Shown here: piece after piece, positions 29,841-41,335 of the stretch
Position numbering within the stretch: the stretch's first letter is position 1
Layout of the letters: every line of letters begins with the position of its first letter
Source: an uncultured Megamonas sp.
GTDB lineage: Bacteria; Bacillota; Negativicutes; Selenomonadales; Selenomonadaceae
DNA: 64,000 nt
NCBI GenBank assembly: GCA_963558795.1
Contig: CAUWIH010000001.1
Span: 3,546-67,545 of the forward strand
Direction of reading: 5' to 3'
Notes under the pieces: generated by a model
Told to the model about the DNA's origin: nothing
Database searches by the model: none
The model's input: only the letters and a program-made list of their open reading frames with translations
Made by a program: the position numbers and the translations under genes

Positions 29841-30146
29841 TTAAATTTTAGTACGATCAATATATTTTGTATGGAATAACTGTTCAGCTAGAGGACTAAG
29901 TGGTTCTTTAGCAAGTTTATCATACATAGCTAATAAGCTTTTATTATGATGACTTTGTCTGAAGGCTTGTTTTTCGTCATCTTGATATAATCCAGCAGCA
30001 CGCATTTTGATATATTTATTACGGTCTTGAACAATATCAGTAACACTATAAGCACCAGTCCAAAGTATAGCAGTCAAAATACCTGCCATACCTAAAAATT
30101 CGCGTCGGGAAACAGTTATTGCCTTTTCAATATAATCATATTTCAT
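29841..30146 (-). CDS. hydB: [FeFe] hydrogenase small subunit with twin-arginine signal/anchor
   Basis: SRREFL Tat motif plus hydrophobic stretch; R..GLY..D, SHHN..L..MY and LFHT.Y small-subunit motifs. Confidence 0.88.
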   Translation of the reverse strand: MKYDYIEKAITVSRREFLGMAGILTAILWTGAYSVTDIVQDRNKYIKMRAAGLYQDDEKQAFRQSHHNKSLLAMYDKLAKEPLSPLAEQLFHTKYIDRTKI

Positions 30147-30172
30147 GTCAATATATACTCACTTTCGTAAAA

Positions 30173-31429
30173 TTACCATGGTAAGATAGCTTTGAATTTG
30201 TCAATCCAAGAAGTACCCATAGGATTGATAGGCTGACCACCGCCATTTACGCAACCACCAGGGCAGTTCATAACTTCGATGAAATGATATGGAGAAGTAC
30301 CGTTTTCCACTTCAGCTAATAATGGTTCTACGTTTTTAGTACCATGAACAACTGCTACATTTAAAGTAATTTCTTTATCGCTATTAGCTAATTTGATAGG
30401 AACTTGAGCAGTTTTTACTTTTTCTAGTCCACGAACAGGAGTGTAATTGAGATTAGGTAATTCAGTGCCAGTTAATTCAAAATAAGCTGTACGTAAAGCT
30501 GCTTCCATAACCCCACCAGTAGTACCGAAAATTGTACCTGCACCTGTATATTCAGCTAAAGGATTGTCTTTTTCTTCAGATGGCGTTACATTGCGTAAAT
30601 CAATGTTTAATTTTTTTAGTAATCTAGCTAAGTCTCTAGTAGTGAGAACAATATCAGTATCTTGATATGTAGCTGTATGACCATGTTGTTTCCAGTAATC
30701 AGCAGCAGATGTAAATTCTGGGCGAGATGCTTCGAATTTTTTAGCTGTACAAGGATAAACACCAACACAATAAATATTTTCAGGTTCTGTATGCCAAACT
30801 TCAGTAGCACCGTAAATTTTTACAACAGGGCCTGTCATACCTTGTGGAGATTTTGCAGAAGATAAATGATTGATAAGATTTGGGTGATATAATTCAACAT
30901 AGCGAACCCAAGATGGACAACAAGATGTGAACTGTGGTAATGGGCCTAATTCATGATGAGAAGGTTCATTTAATAAATATTTTTTAATTTTAGCAATAAG
31001 TTCAGTACCTTCTTCTAAAATAGTGTTGTCAGCAGCAAAATTTACATCCATAATTTTAAATCCTGCTTGTTTTAAAGCACCATATAATTGTTCAGTAACT
31101 AAAGAGCCTGGTTCCATATTGAACTCTTCACCTAAAGCTACACGAACAGCAGGTGCAACTGTAGCAACCACAGTTAATTGTTTGTTTTGGAGCTTTTCGA
31201 TTACAACGTCCACCGGATCAAAAGTATCTTCAATAGCACCAAATGGGCAGTTTACAAGACATTGTCCGCATTGTAAACATTTTGTGTTGTTGATGTGATG
31301 CGTAGCACCATAGCTACCCTCGATAGCATTAGTAGGACAAAATGATTTACATGAATCGCAACCTTTACATATTGATGGGTTAATATGGATAAGTTCGTTC
31401 AATTCATTCTGTTGATAAGTATTATTCAC
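30173..31429 (-). CDS. hydA: [FeFe] hydrogenase large subunit (2x[4Fe-4S] plus H-cluster domain)
   Basis: CKGCDSCKSFCP and CLQCGQCLVNCP; H-cluster motifs FTSCCPSW, YPCTAKKFE, EVMNCPGGCVNGGGQP. GTG start after AAAGGAGG. Confidence 0.95.
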   Translation of the reverse strand: MNNTYQQNELNELIHINPSICKGCDSCKSFCPTNAIEGSYGATHHINNTKCLQCGQCLVNCPFGAIEDTFDPVDVVIEKLQNKQLTVVATVAPAVRVALGEEFNMEPGSLVTEQLYGALKQAGFKIMDVNFAADNTILEEGTELIAKIKKYLLNEPSHHELGPLPQFTSCCPSWVRYVELYHPNLINHLSSAKSPQGMTGPVVKIYGATEVWHTEPENIYCVGVYPCTAKKFEASRPEFTSAADYWKQHGHTATYQDTDIVLTTRDLARLLKKLNIDLRNVTPSEEKDNPLAEYTGAGTIFGTTGGVMEAALRTAYFELTGTELPNLNYTPVRGLEKVKTAQVPIKLANSDKEITLNVAVVHGTKNVEPLLAEVENGTSPYHFIEVMNCPGGCVNGGGQPINPMGTSWIDKFKAILPW

Positions 31430-31719
31430 ATATATAACCTCCTTTGTAATTTATTAGCTATATTTATTATACTAGAAGATATATGCACGAACAAACCCCG
31501 TGGGGGGATATTTTTTACAAAATGTAAATATAAATATAAAGATATATTAATATAAGATAATAATTATTAATTAATAAACAAAAAAATTAACAATATTGAT
31601 TAATTGCATACATAGTTGAACAGTGGGATTGTACAAAGTTGTATTATTTGTGTAAAAATGATGTAAAAAAGTGTTAATTTTAAAAATATAGGGTAGAGGG
31701 ATGAGGTATGAAAAAACAA

Positions 31720-31759
31720 AAAAAGCACTGATTAAAAAATAAAATAATCAGTGCTTTTT
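31720..31759 (-). terminator. Terminator of the aminopeptidase gene
   Basis: AAAAAGCACTGATT...AATCAGTGCTTTTT inverted repeat. Confidence 0.75.
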
Positions 31760-31779
31760 ATATATTTTAAATGTGAAAA

Positions 31780-33198
31780 TTAAGCATCTTTTAAGAATGC
31801 ACTATAACCTTTTTTAGTTTCATAAATGTCAACTTTGCTAGTAACTTCCCATGGAGAGTGCATATTGAGTACAGCTACACCACTATCGATTACTTGCATA
31901 CCATAAAGTGCCATGATATAAGCGATAGTACCGCCACCACCTAAATCTACACGACCAAGTTCAGAAAATTGAATGGCAACATTATTTTTTTCCATGATAG
32001 CACGAATATTACCAAGATATTCAGCATTAGCATCATTAGAGCCAGATTTTCCACGAGCACCTGTAAATTTGTTAAATGCCATACCATGACCTAAAAATGC
32101 AATATTTTTCATATCAAAAGCAGATTTATATAAAGCATCATAAGCAGAAGTTACATCGGAAGAAAGCATTTTGCAGTTAGCAAGACAACGTCTAAGTGTA
32201 AGGTCATTATATTGTCCAAGTAAATTTAATACTTCGGCAACAGCATTTTCAAAGAAACGAGATTGCATTCCAGTAGCGCCCACAGAGCCAATTTCTTCTT
32301 TATCGACAAGTAAGCAACAAGCAGTGCGTGCTACATCTTTAGTTTCAAGCATAGCCACTAATGAAGTATACGCACAAACTCTATCATCTTGACCATAAGA
32401 AATAATCATACTACGGTCAAAGCCTGCTTCTCTAGCACGACCAGCAGGAACAACTTCAAGCTCAGCAGAAAGGAAATCTTCTTCTTCAATATCATATTTT
32501 TTAGCGATTATTTTTAAAACATTAGCTTTTACAGCATCTTTTTCACTGCTATCTAAAGGAATAGAGCCTACTAAAATATCAAGATTTTCACCTTCAACAA
32601 CTTTAGCTGCATTTTTTTGCATTTGTTCTTGTGCCAAATGAATTAATAAATCCGTTACACAAAAAACAGGGTCATTATCATCTTCTCCGACACAGATATT
32701 TACAATAGAACCGTCTTTTTTGGCTACAACACCATGGATAGCAAGAGGTACTGTTACCCATTGATATTTTTTGATACCACCATAATAGTGAGTATCCATA
32801 TAAGCAAGACCGCCATCTTCATATAGTGGATTTTGTTTAATATCAAGACGAGGACTATCAATATGTGCACCTAAAATATTCATACCTTGTTCAAGAGGTT
32901 CACTACCAATATTAAATAGAGCAATAGATTTTTTCATACATACAGAGTATACTTTATCGCCAGCTGTTAGTGTTTCATTGTTTTTAATAATATCAGCTAA
33001 ATCTTTATAGCCAGCTTTTTTTGCCTGAGCAATAATTTCTGTGATACATTCACGTTCTGTTTTACATTCACTTAAAAAATTACGATAATTCAAGCAAAGT
33101 TTTTCTAAAGATTTTTTTTCACTAGCGGAATAATTATTCCATACATCTTTTTTTGTTGTATTTTTTAAGGCTTTTTTGTCTTTTTTTTCTTTAGCCAT
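31780..33198 (-). CDS. M18 family aminopeptidase (ApeA-like)
   Basis: GAHIDSPRLD, HYYGGIKKYQW, GQDDR, DKEEIGS, SSDV, MHSP. ATG at 33198 after GAGGTG. Confidence 0.92.
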   Translation of the reverse strand: MAKEKKDKKALKNTTKKDVWNNYSASEKKSLEKLCLNYRNFLSECKTERECITEIIAQAKKAGYKDLADIIKNNETLTAGDKVYSVCMKKSIALFNIGSEPLEQGMNILGAHIDSPRLDIKQNPLYEDGGLAYMDTHYYGGIKKYQWVTVPLAIHGVVAKKDGSIVNICVGEDDNDPVFCVTDLLIHLAQEQMQKNAAKVVEGENLDILVGSIPLDSSEKDAVKANVLKIIAKKYDIEEEDFLSAELEVVPAGRAREAGFDRSMIISYGQDDRVCAYTSLVAMLETKDVARTACCLLVDKEEIGSVGATGMQSRFFENAVAEVLNLLGQYNDLTLRRCLANCKMLSSDVTSAYDALYKSAFDMKNIAFLGHGMAFNKFTGARGKSGSNDANAEYLGNIRAIMEKNNVAIQFSELGRVDLGGGGTIAYIMALYGMQVIDSGVAVLNMHSPWEVTSKVDIYETKKGYSAFLKDA

Positions 33199-33301
33199 AA
33201 CTAGCACCTCATATCTATAAATCTTGTAATATATTTATTATAACAAAATTATGGCAAATAAAAAAATAAATATATTGATAAGATTAATATACATGAAACG
33301 A

Positions 33302-33349
33302 TTAGAGAATATGGAGATAGTTCTCTAAATTGGTTATTTATGCTATACT
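33302..33349 (+). promoter_or_regulatory. hslO promoter with an overlapping palindrome
   Basis: TGcTATACT (33341-33349); TTAGAGAAt-N9-gTTCTCTAA (33302-33328) over the -35 region. Confidence 0.45.
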
Positions 33350-33400
33350 ATTATTCAATTTATAATTAAAATATGTATTTTATGGAGGATAAATATAAAA

Positions 33401-34303
33401 ATGAAAGACCATTTAATAAAAGCCGTAGCAGATGGCGTTCGTGTACATGCTGCTGTTACAACTAATTTAGTAAATGAGGCAGTTTCTCGCCATGATTGTT
33501 ATCCAGTAGCTGCAGCTGCACTTGGTCGTACCATGACAGGTGCATTACTTATGGCGGCAAATCTTAAAAATAAAGAATGTATCACTATAAAATTTAATGG
33601 TAATGGTCCATTAGGCTCAGTAGTGGCTGATGCTAATCAAGAGGGTTTTGTGCGTGGTTATATCAATAATCCACATGTGAATTTACCATTAAATGCAAAA
33701 GGTAAATTAGATGTAGGTGGCGGTGTAGGTGCTGGTATTTTATCGGTTACTCGTTTTACAGGATTGAAAGATCCGATTACTGGTAGTTGTGAAATAGTAT
33801 CTGGTGAAATTGCCGAAGACCTTACAAATTATTTATATACATCAGAACAAACAGCTTCAAGTGTGGGTCTTGGGGTATTGGTTAATCCAGATTTAAAAGT
33901 AGTAGCGGCTGGCGGATTTATTTTGCAATTATTACCAGATGCGTCTGAAGAAACTATTGCTAAATTAGAACAAAATCTTTCTCAAATAAAACCTGTTTCC
34001 ACTATGGTAAATGAAGGTCTTGACGCTCGTGGTATTATAGCTCAATTACTTCAAGGTTTTGATAAAGTAGATTATTTAACAACAACAGATTTAGCATTTA
34101 AATGTCAGTGTTCAAAAGAACGTATTGAAGATGTATTAATTAGCTTAAATGAGCATGATTTACAATCTTTAGTAGATGATGGTAAAGCAGAAGTATGTTG
34201 TCATTTCTGTGGAGCGAAATATCAATTTAATAAAGATGAACTTACTGCTATTTTGCATGTAGCTCAAAAATTAAATCAACATCAAGTAAAAAAAGCTGAA
34301 TAA
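33401..34303 (+). CDS. hslO: Redox-regulated chaperone Hsp33
   Basis: LGRTMTG, GEIAEDL..Y..TSEQ, GGFILQLLP; Zn switch CQCS...CHFC. Confidence 0.95.
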   Translation: MKDHLIKAVADGVRVHAAVTTNLVNEAVSRHDCYPVAAAALGRTMTGALLMAANLKNKECITIKFNGNGPLGSVVADANQEGFVRGYINNPHVNLPLNAKGKLDVGGGVGAGILSVTRFTGLKDPITGSCEIVSGEIAEDLTNYLYTSEQTASSVGLGVLVNPDLKVVAAGGFILQLLPDASEETIAKLEQNLSQIKPVSTMVNEGLDARGIIAQLLQGFDKVDYLTTTDLAFKCQCSKERIEDVLISLNEHDLQSLVDDGKAEVCCHFCGAKYQFNKDELTAILHVAQKLNQHQVKKAE

Positions 34304-34310
34304 TATTATA

Positions 34311-34354
34311 AAAAAAGCTAACTATTTAAAATTAATTAGATAGTTAGCTTTTTT
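34311..34354. terminator. Bidirectional terminator hslO/ligA
   Basis: AAAAAAGCTAACTAT...ATAGTTAGCTTTTTT inverted repeat. Confidence 0.8.
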
Positions 34355-34367
34355 ATTGAAGAAAATA

Positions 34368-36386
<2,019 letters not shown>

Positions 36387-36534
36387 TTATAAAATTAAAT
36401 TGATTTTGCTTTAATCTATTAAGTATAAAATTTTTATCTTGTATAAAAAAACCAGCTATTACAATATTATTTTAATAATAGCTGGCGTATCTTTTATATT
36501 ATAACAAATTTTTAGGTGAAGTTAAATTCTTTAT

Positions 36535-38805
36535 TTATACTTTACTAATTGGTGCGTATTTTTGCATTAAGGCTTTAATACCTTGTCCAGGAAAAGCAAT
36601 TTTTAATTCTACCTCTTCACCGCTACCTTTTACAGAAACAATAGTGCCAATGCCCCATTTATTATGTTTGGCTTTGTCGCCTACCTTCCATTTGATAGAT
36701 AAGTCAGGACGAATTACATTTCCTGCAGGTTTAGTAGTTTTTGCTTTATCGAAAAGACTACCGCCGAGTAAATTTGGTTTACTAGCAGTTGAATTATTAT
36801 ATTTTGTTGTTGAATATTGGTTACCAAAATGATTATAAGAACTACCCATGGAGCTACTTGTGCCAAATAATGGTTTGATTTTGGCTTCACGTTCTTCTAA
36901 ATATTGGCTTGGAATTTCACTGATAAAACGAGATGGTTCATAGCTTACTGTTCTACCAAATAGCATACGACCTTTAGCATTAGTGATATATAATTTTCTT
37001 TCAGCACGAGTAATACCTACATAGCAAGTACGACGTTCTTCTTCAATTTCTGTTTCATTCATTAATGTACGAGAATGAGGGAATAAACCTTCTTCCATAC
37101 CTGCCAAAAATACTACCGGAAATTCTAGACCTTTAGCAGAATGCATAGTCATAAGTGTTACACGGTCATCTTCAATATCAGCATTATCGATATCAGAAAC
37201 AAGAGAAACTGTACTTAAAAAGTTTTCTAAAGTTGGTTCATCGGTTGTTTTTTCGAAGTCTTTAGCTACACTTAATAATTCTTTGATATTTTCGATACGT
37301 GTTTGATTTTCGACAGTATTTTCTTTTTCTAAATCAGCTTTATAACCTGATTTGTCGATTACTTTTTCAATTAAATCATGTACAGAAAGTTCTGTGGATA
37401 AATTAATCATTTCAATGACAAATTCAGCAAAATTAGCTAAAGATTGTTTGGCTTTTGGTGTGATAGGAGCTGTTTCAGGTGCAGAGACAGCATCAAATAA
37501 AGTCATATTATACATTTCAGCAAATTGAGCTAATTTATCTATTGTTACAGCACCTAAAGAGCGTTTTGGTACATTAATTATACGTTTTAAGCTGATAGTA
37601 TCTTCGGGATTGTAGATAAGGCGTAAGTAAGCTAAAATATCTTTGATTTCTTTACGGTCATAGAATTTTAATCCGCCAACCATAGTATAAGGAACACCAG
37701 CACGCATAAAACCTTCTTCTAAAGCACGAGATTGAGCATTGGTACGATAAAGTACAGCCATATCACCATAAGAAACATTAAATAAAGTTTTTTGTTTTAT
37801 TGCTTCTTCAGTGATAAATTTTGCTTCATCACGTTCATCATTTGCGGTATAATGAATGATTTTTTCGCCTTGTGGATTATCTGTCCATAATTTTTTGGGC
37901 TTACGGTCAATATTATGTTCGATAACCATATTAGCAGCATTTAAAATAGTTTTTGTGGAACGATAATTTTGTTCAAGCTTTATTACCGTAGCTTCAGGAT
38001 AATCTTTTTCAAAATCCATGATATTACGAATATCAGCACCACGCCAACCATAAATAGACTGGTCAGCATCACCAACAACGCAAAGATTGCGATACATACC
38101 TGCAAGTAAGCTAGTAAGTTGATATTGAGCACCATTAGTATCTTGATATTCGTCTACTAAGATATATTTAAAACGTTCTTGATATTTTTGGCGAATATCT
38201 GTATGTTCCTGTAATACTTTTACGGCAAGCATTAACAAGTCATCAAAATCTAAAGCATTATTTTCAATTAAATTTGCTTGATACATATTATAAATTTCAG
38301 ATATTTTTTTAGCAAAAAAATCACTAGCTTCATTGGCAAAATCAGCAGGTGTCATCATCATATTTTTGGCATTAGAAATAGTAGATTGCACAGCATATGG
38401 AGAATATTGTTTTTCATCTAGATTTAATTCTTTTAGACAATTTTTGATTAATGTTTGTGCATCTTGTGTATCATAGATAACAAAATTCTTTTTATAAATG
38501 CCAAGAGCTTCGATTTCAAAGCGTAAAAATTTAGCACAAAAGGAGTGGAAAGTACTAAGCCATACATATTTGGCTTTTTCACCAATCATGCGATCAACAC
38601 GTTCACGCATTTCAGTTGCAGCTTTGTTAGTGAAAGTAATAGCTAAGATATTATATGGAGATACACCATTATCTAATAAATTAGCAATTTTACAAGTTAA
38701 AACTTTAGTTTTACCAGAACCGGCACCAGCCATAATTAATAAAGGCCCATTAATATGAGCAACAGCTTGTGCTTGAGCGGGATTTAAACCGTCATATATA
38801 TTCAA
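36535..38805 (-). CDS. pcrA: ATP-dependent DNA helicase PcrA
   Basis: AGAGSGKT, TFTNKAA, VDEYQDTN, GDADQSIY, MHSAKGLEF, C-terminal Tudor-like domain. Confidence 0.97.
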   Translation of the reverse strand: MNIYDGLNPAQAQAVAHINGPLLIMAGAGSGKTKVLTCKIANLLDNGVSPYNILAITFTNKAATEMRERVDRMIGEKAKYVWLSTFHSFCAKFLRFEIEALGIYKKNFVIYDTQDAQTLIKNCLKELNLDEKQYSPYAVQSTISNAKNMMMTPADFANEASDFFAKKISEIYNMYQANLIENNALDFDDLLMLAVKVLQEHTDIRQKYQERFKYILVDEYQDTNGAQYQLTSLLAGMYRNLCVVGDADQSIYGWRGADIRNIMDFEKDYPEATVIKLEQNYRSTKTILNAANMVIEHNIDRKPKKLWTDNPQGEKIIHYTANDERDEAKFITEEAIKQKTLFNVSYGDMAVLYRTNAQSRALEEGFMRAGVPYTMVGGLKFYDRKEIKDILAYLRLIYNPEDTISLKRIINVPKRSLGAVTIDKLAQFAEMYNMTLFDAVSAPETAPITPKAKQSLANFAEFVIEMINLSTELSVHDLIEKVIDKSGYKADLEKENTVENQTRIENIKELLSVAKDFEKTTDEPTLENFLSTVSLVSDIDNADIEDDRVTLMTMHSAKGLEFPVVFLAGMEEGLFPHSRTLMNETEIEEERRTCYVGITRAERKLYITNAKGRMLFGRTVSYEPSRFISEIPSQYLEEREAKIKPLFGTSSSMGSSYNHFGNQYSTTKYNNSTASKPNLLGGSLFDKAKTTKPAGNVIRPDLSIKWKVGDKAKHNKWGIGTIVSVKGSGEEVELKIAFPGQGIKALMQKYAPISKV

Positions 38806-38891
38806 AAGAAAATCCTCCTATAACAAAAATAACAATAATATTTGAGTGTATATATTATTGTAGCATATAAAGATTAAAATAAATGCTTGAT

Positions 38892-39959
38892 TTAAAATTT
38901 AAATTTAAATTTTGCATTGGCCTTTAGATATGGTAATAAAATTAAATCATAAGGTAAAAGTTTGGCAATAGTATTAATTTTATTATCTTGAGGTAAAGTA
39001 GTGGTAATAATTTGTAATTCACCTATATAACGAGCATAAAAAATATTATCTAAAGTGATATCGCCAATATTTCGTGAAGTAATATATTCAGGAGAAATAT
39101 GCACATTTTTAAATAACATACGACTTTCTTGAGTACGAATAGCCGTATCTGCTTCATCAATACGAACAGTAAATTTATTTTGGGCTAAAATATCTAAAAT
39201 ATCTTGATTTTGAGTGAGTGTTTTTATATTCAAAAGTGTATAATCTTCATTTAAATAAGAAAAAGCCGTGAATTCTTCTTTTGTAGGTAGGCTATCGCCA
39301 ATAAAAATAGAGTCAATGCCTAGTAATTTTAGATGTTGCATAGCTACACTTGCAGGTAAATAGCGATGACATTCTAAGCTAGGTAAGCCACGTTTAAATG
39401 GCGAACGCGGTTTATTATAACTAGGAACAAAAGCACCGATAGAGATATTATATTGGCGTAACAATTTATTTTGTGTGATAAATTTTTCAATACTTAGCCC
39501 TGTACCTTCACGTGGATAAAAATTATGCAAAGCATCAATTTGGTTGAAATTTGTGTGATAAAATTTTAATTCTTCAAGAAAATCCGCAGTAATTGTGGAG
39601 GCATTGAATTGAAGTTTTATATCTTGATTGCTTAATTTGGCAATTTCTTGAGCAGTATAGCCAAAGTCTAAGCGAAGTGTAGTAATACCTAAAGAGCGTA
39701 GTTTTGCTATATTTAATTTATCCATATTTAAGATAGTCAAAGTATTAGGAGAAATATCAGAGATAACTTCCATATCATATTTTCTAGCCAAAGCTAAAAT
39801 TTGTGCTAAATTTTCTTTAAAGGAACTTAAATTTGTTTCAGGTATATGCAAAGAAGTAAAAATTCTTTTTATATGATATTGATGAGCTAGATTAATTAAA
39901 TTTAAATTTTCTTCAAGGGTATTATCAAGGCCTACATAAATAGAAATACCAAATTGCAT
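38892..39959 (-). CDS. mupG: 6-phospho-N-acetylmuramidase MupG (DUF871)
   Basis: FGISIY, IFTSLHIPE, RLDFG, HNFYPR..TGL, GLPSLECHR; downstream of murP/murQ. ATG at 39959. Confidence 0.85.
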   Translation of the reverse strand: MQFGISIYVGLDNTLEENLNLINLAHQYHIKRIFTSLHIPETNLSSFKENLAQILALARKYDMEVISDISPNTLTILNMDKLNIAKLRSLGITTLRLDFGYTAQEIAKLSNQDIKLQFNASTITADFLEELKFYHTNFNQIDALHNFYPREGTGLSIEKFITQNKLLRQYNISIGAFVPSYNKPRSPFKRGLPSLECHRYLPASVAMQHLKLLGIDSIFIGDSLPTKEEFTAFSYLNEDYTLLNIKTLTQNQDILDILAQNKFTVRIDEADTAIRTQESRMLFKNVHISPEYITSRNIGDITLDNIFYARYIGELQIITTTLPQDNKINTIAKLLPYDLILLPYLKANAKFKFKF

Positions 39960-39963
39960 AAAA

Positions 39964-41316
39964 TCACTCCTTAGGGTCGTTGAAACCAATAATATACGTA
40001 GCAATAAAACCAAAAATATAAGCAGTAATTAAGCCTATTAAATAACAACCAATATTATCAGTACTAGCAGTAAGTGGTAAACCAGACAAACCGATCGAAG
40101 TAGCACCAACATGAAAATAAGCTTGCACTGCACCACCAAAAGCACCGCCAATACAAGCCCCCATGAATGGTTTTCCAAGTGGTAAAGTAACACCATAAAT
40201 CAAAGGCTCGCCAATTCCCATAAATCCAACAGGTAAAGCAGAAATAATGGTTTGTTTTAATTTTTTATTTTTAGTTTTTAAATAAACAGCAATAGATGAG
40301 CCGACTTGTCCTGCTCCAGCCATTGCTAAAATAGGCAATAAAATAGTAATACCGTATTGATTTAGTAGCTCAGCATGAATAGGTGTAAGACCTTGATGAA
40401 GTCCAGTCATAACTAATGGTAAAAACACTCCACCAATAACAAAACCAGTGATTGCACCACCAGAATTAATCGCTGAAGTAACAATTAGTCCAATATTTTC
40501 AGCAATGATACCACCTAGTGGTTGTAAAATAAATAATGCAGGGAAGGTAGCAAGCAAAATTACAAGTAGTGGTGTTAAAAACAAATCTAAAATTTGGGGC
40601 ACAATTTTGTGTAGTTTATTTTCAAGCCAAGAAGAAAATGCTACAACAAGTAAAACAGCAACAATACCACCACGATCAGCTAATAAATCAATGTTAAATA
40701 AACTAATATTATTTAACATAGGATGTGTGATAATTACAGCCATAGTACCACCAAGCATAGGTGAGGCATGAAATTCTTTGGCGGTATTTACCCCAACAAA
40801 AATATTTAATCCCCAAAAAACAGCATTACCAGCAATTTGTAAAACTTGAATAGCAGGATATTGACTAAGTGTAGGGTCGAATTTAAAAGCAATATTTAAA
40901 AGACCAGTAATTAAACCACAAGCAATAAAAGCCGGAATTAAAGGCATGAAAATATTAGAAATACGTTTGAGCATTAATTTAAATGGTGTAGCATTTTTTT
41001 GACGAATTTCTTGATGAAGTTTTTCTGCTTGACCAAAATTACTTGCTTGATTTTTAGATTTTTGCTTATTTTTATTTAATAATAATTTAAATTGAGCAGT
41101 TACTTCATTTACTTTTCCTGGACCTAAAATAATTTGTAATTCATTACCATTTAGATTTACCCCAAGAACATTATTTATATTTTTTAGTTCAGTAAGAGGT
41201 AAATTTTCTGTATTAGTTAAATTTAAACGTAATCGTGTCATGCAATTATGAACTTTAGTAATTTCAAAATTTTGCATGAGTGTATATATTTCTTGAGCAG
41301 TTTGTTGTAAATTCAT
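39964..41316 (-). CDS. murP: PTS EIIBC, N-acetylmuramic acid family (MurP-like)
   Basis: EIIB HNCMTRLRL, QIILGPG; EIIC GLHQ, MAGAGQVG and GIGEPLIYG. Confidence 0.85.
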   Translation of the reverse strand: MNLQQTAQEIYTLMQNFEITKVHNCMTRLRLNLTNTENLPLTELKNINNVLGVNLNGNELQIILGPGKVNEVTAQFKLLLNKNKQKSKNQASNFGQAEKLHQEIRQKNATPFKLMLKRISNIFMPLIPAFIACGLITGLLNIAFKFDPTLSQYPAIQVLQIAGNAVFWGLNIFVGVNTAKEFHASPMLGGTMAVIITHPMLNNISLFNIDLLADRGGIVAVLLVVAFSSWLENKLHKIVPQILDLFLTPLLVILLATFPALFILQPLGGIIAENIGLIVTSAINSGGAITGFVIGGVFLPLVMTGLHQGLTPIHAELLNQYGITILLPILAMAGAGQVGSSIAVYLKTKNKKLKQTIISALPVGFMGIGEPLIYGVTLPLGKPFMGACIGGAFGGAVQAYFHVGATSIGLSGLPLTASTDNIGCYLIGLITAYIFGFIATYIIGFNDPKE

Positions 41317-41335
41317 ATCAACCTCATAAATAAAT

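Noticed and set aside
33302-33328. Canonical CIRCE/HrcA site at hslO
   Set aside because: Only TTAG/CTAA match the CIRCE half-sites; reported as an unknown palindrome instead.
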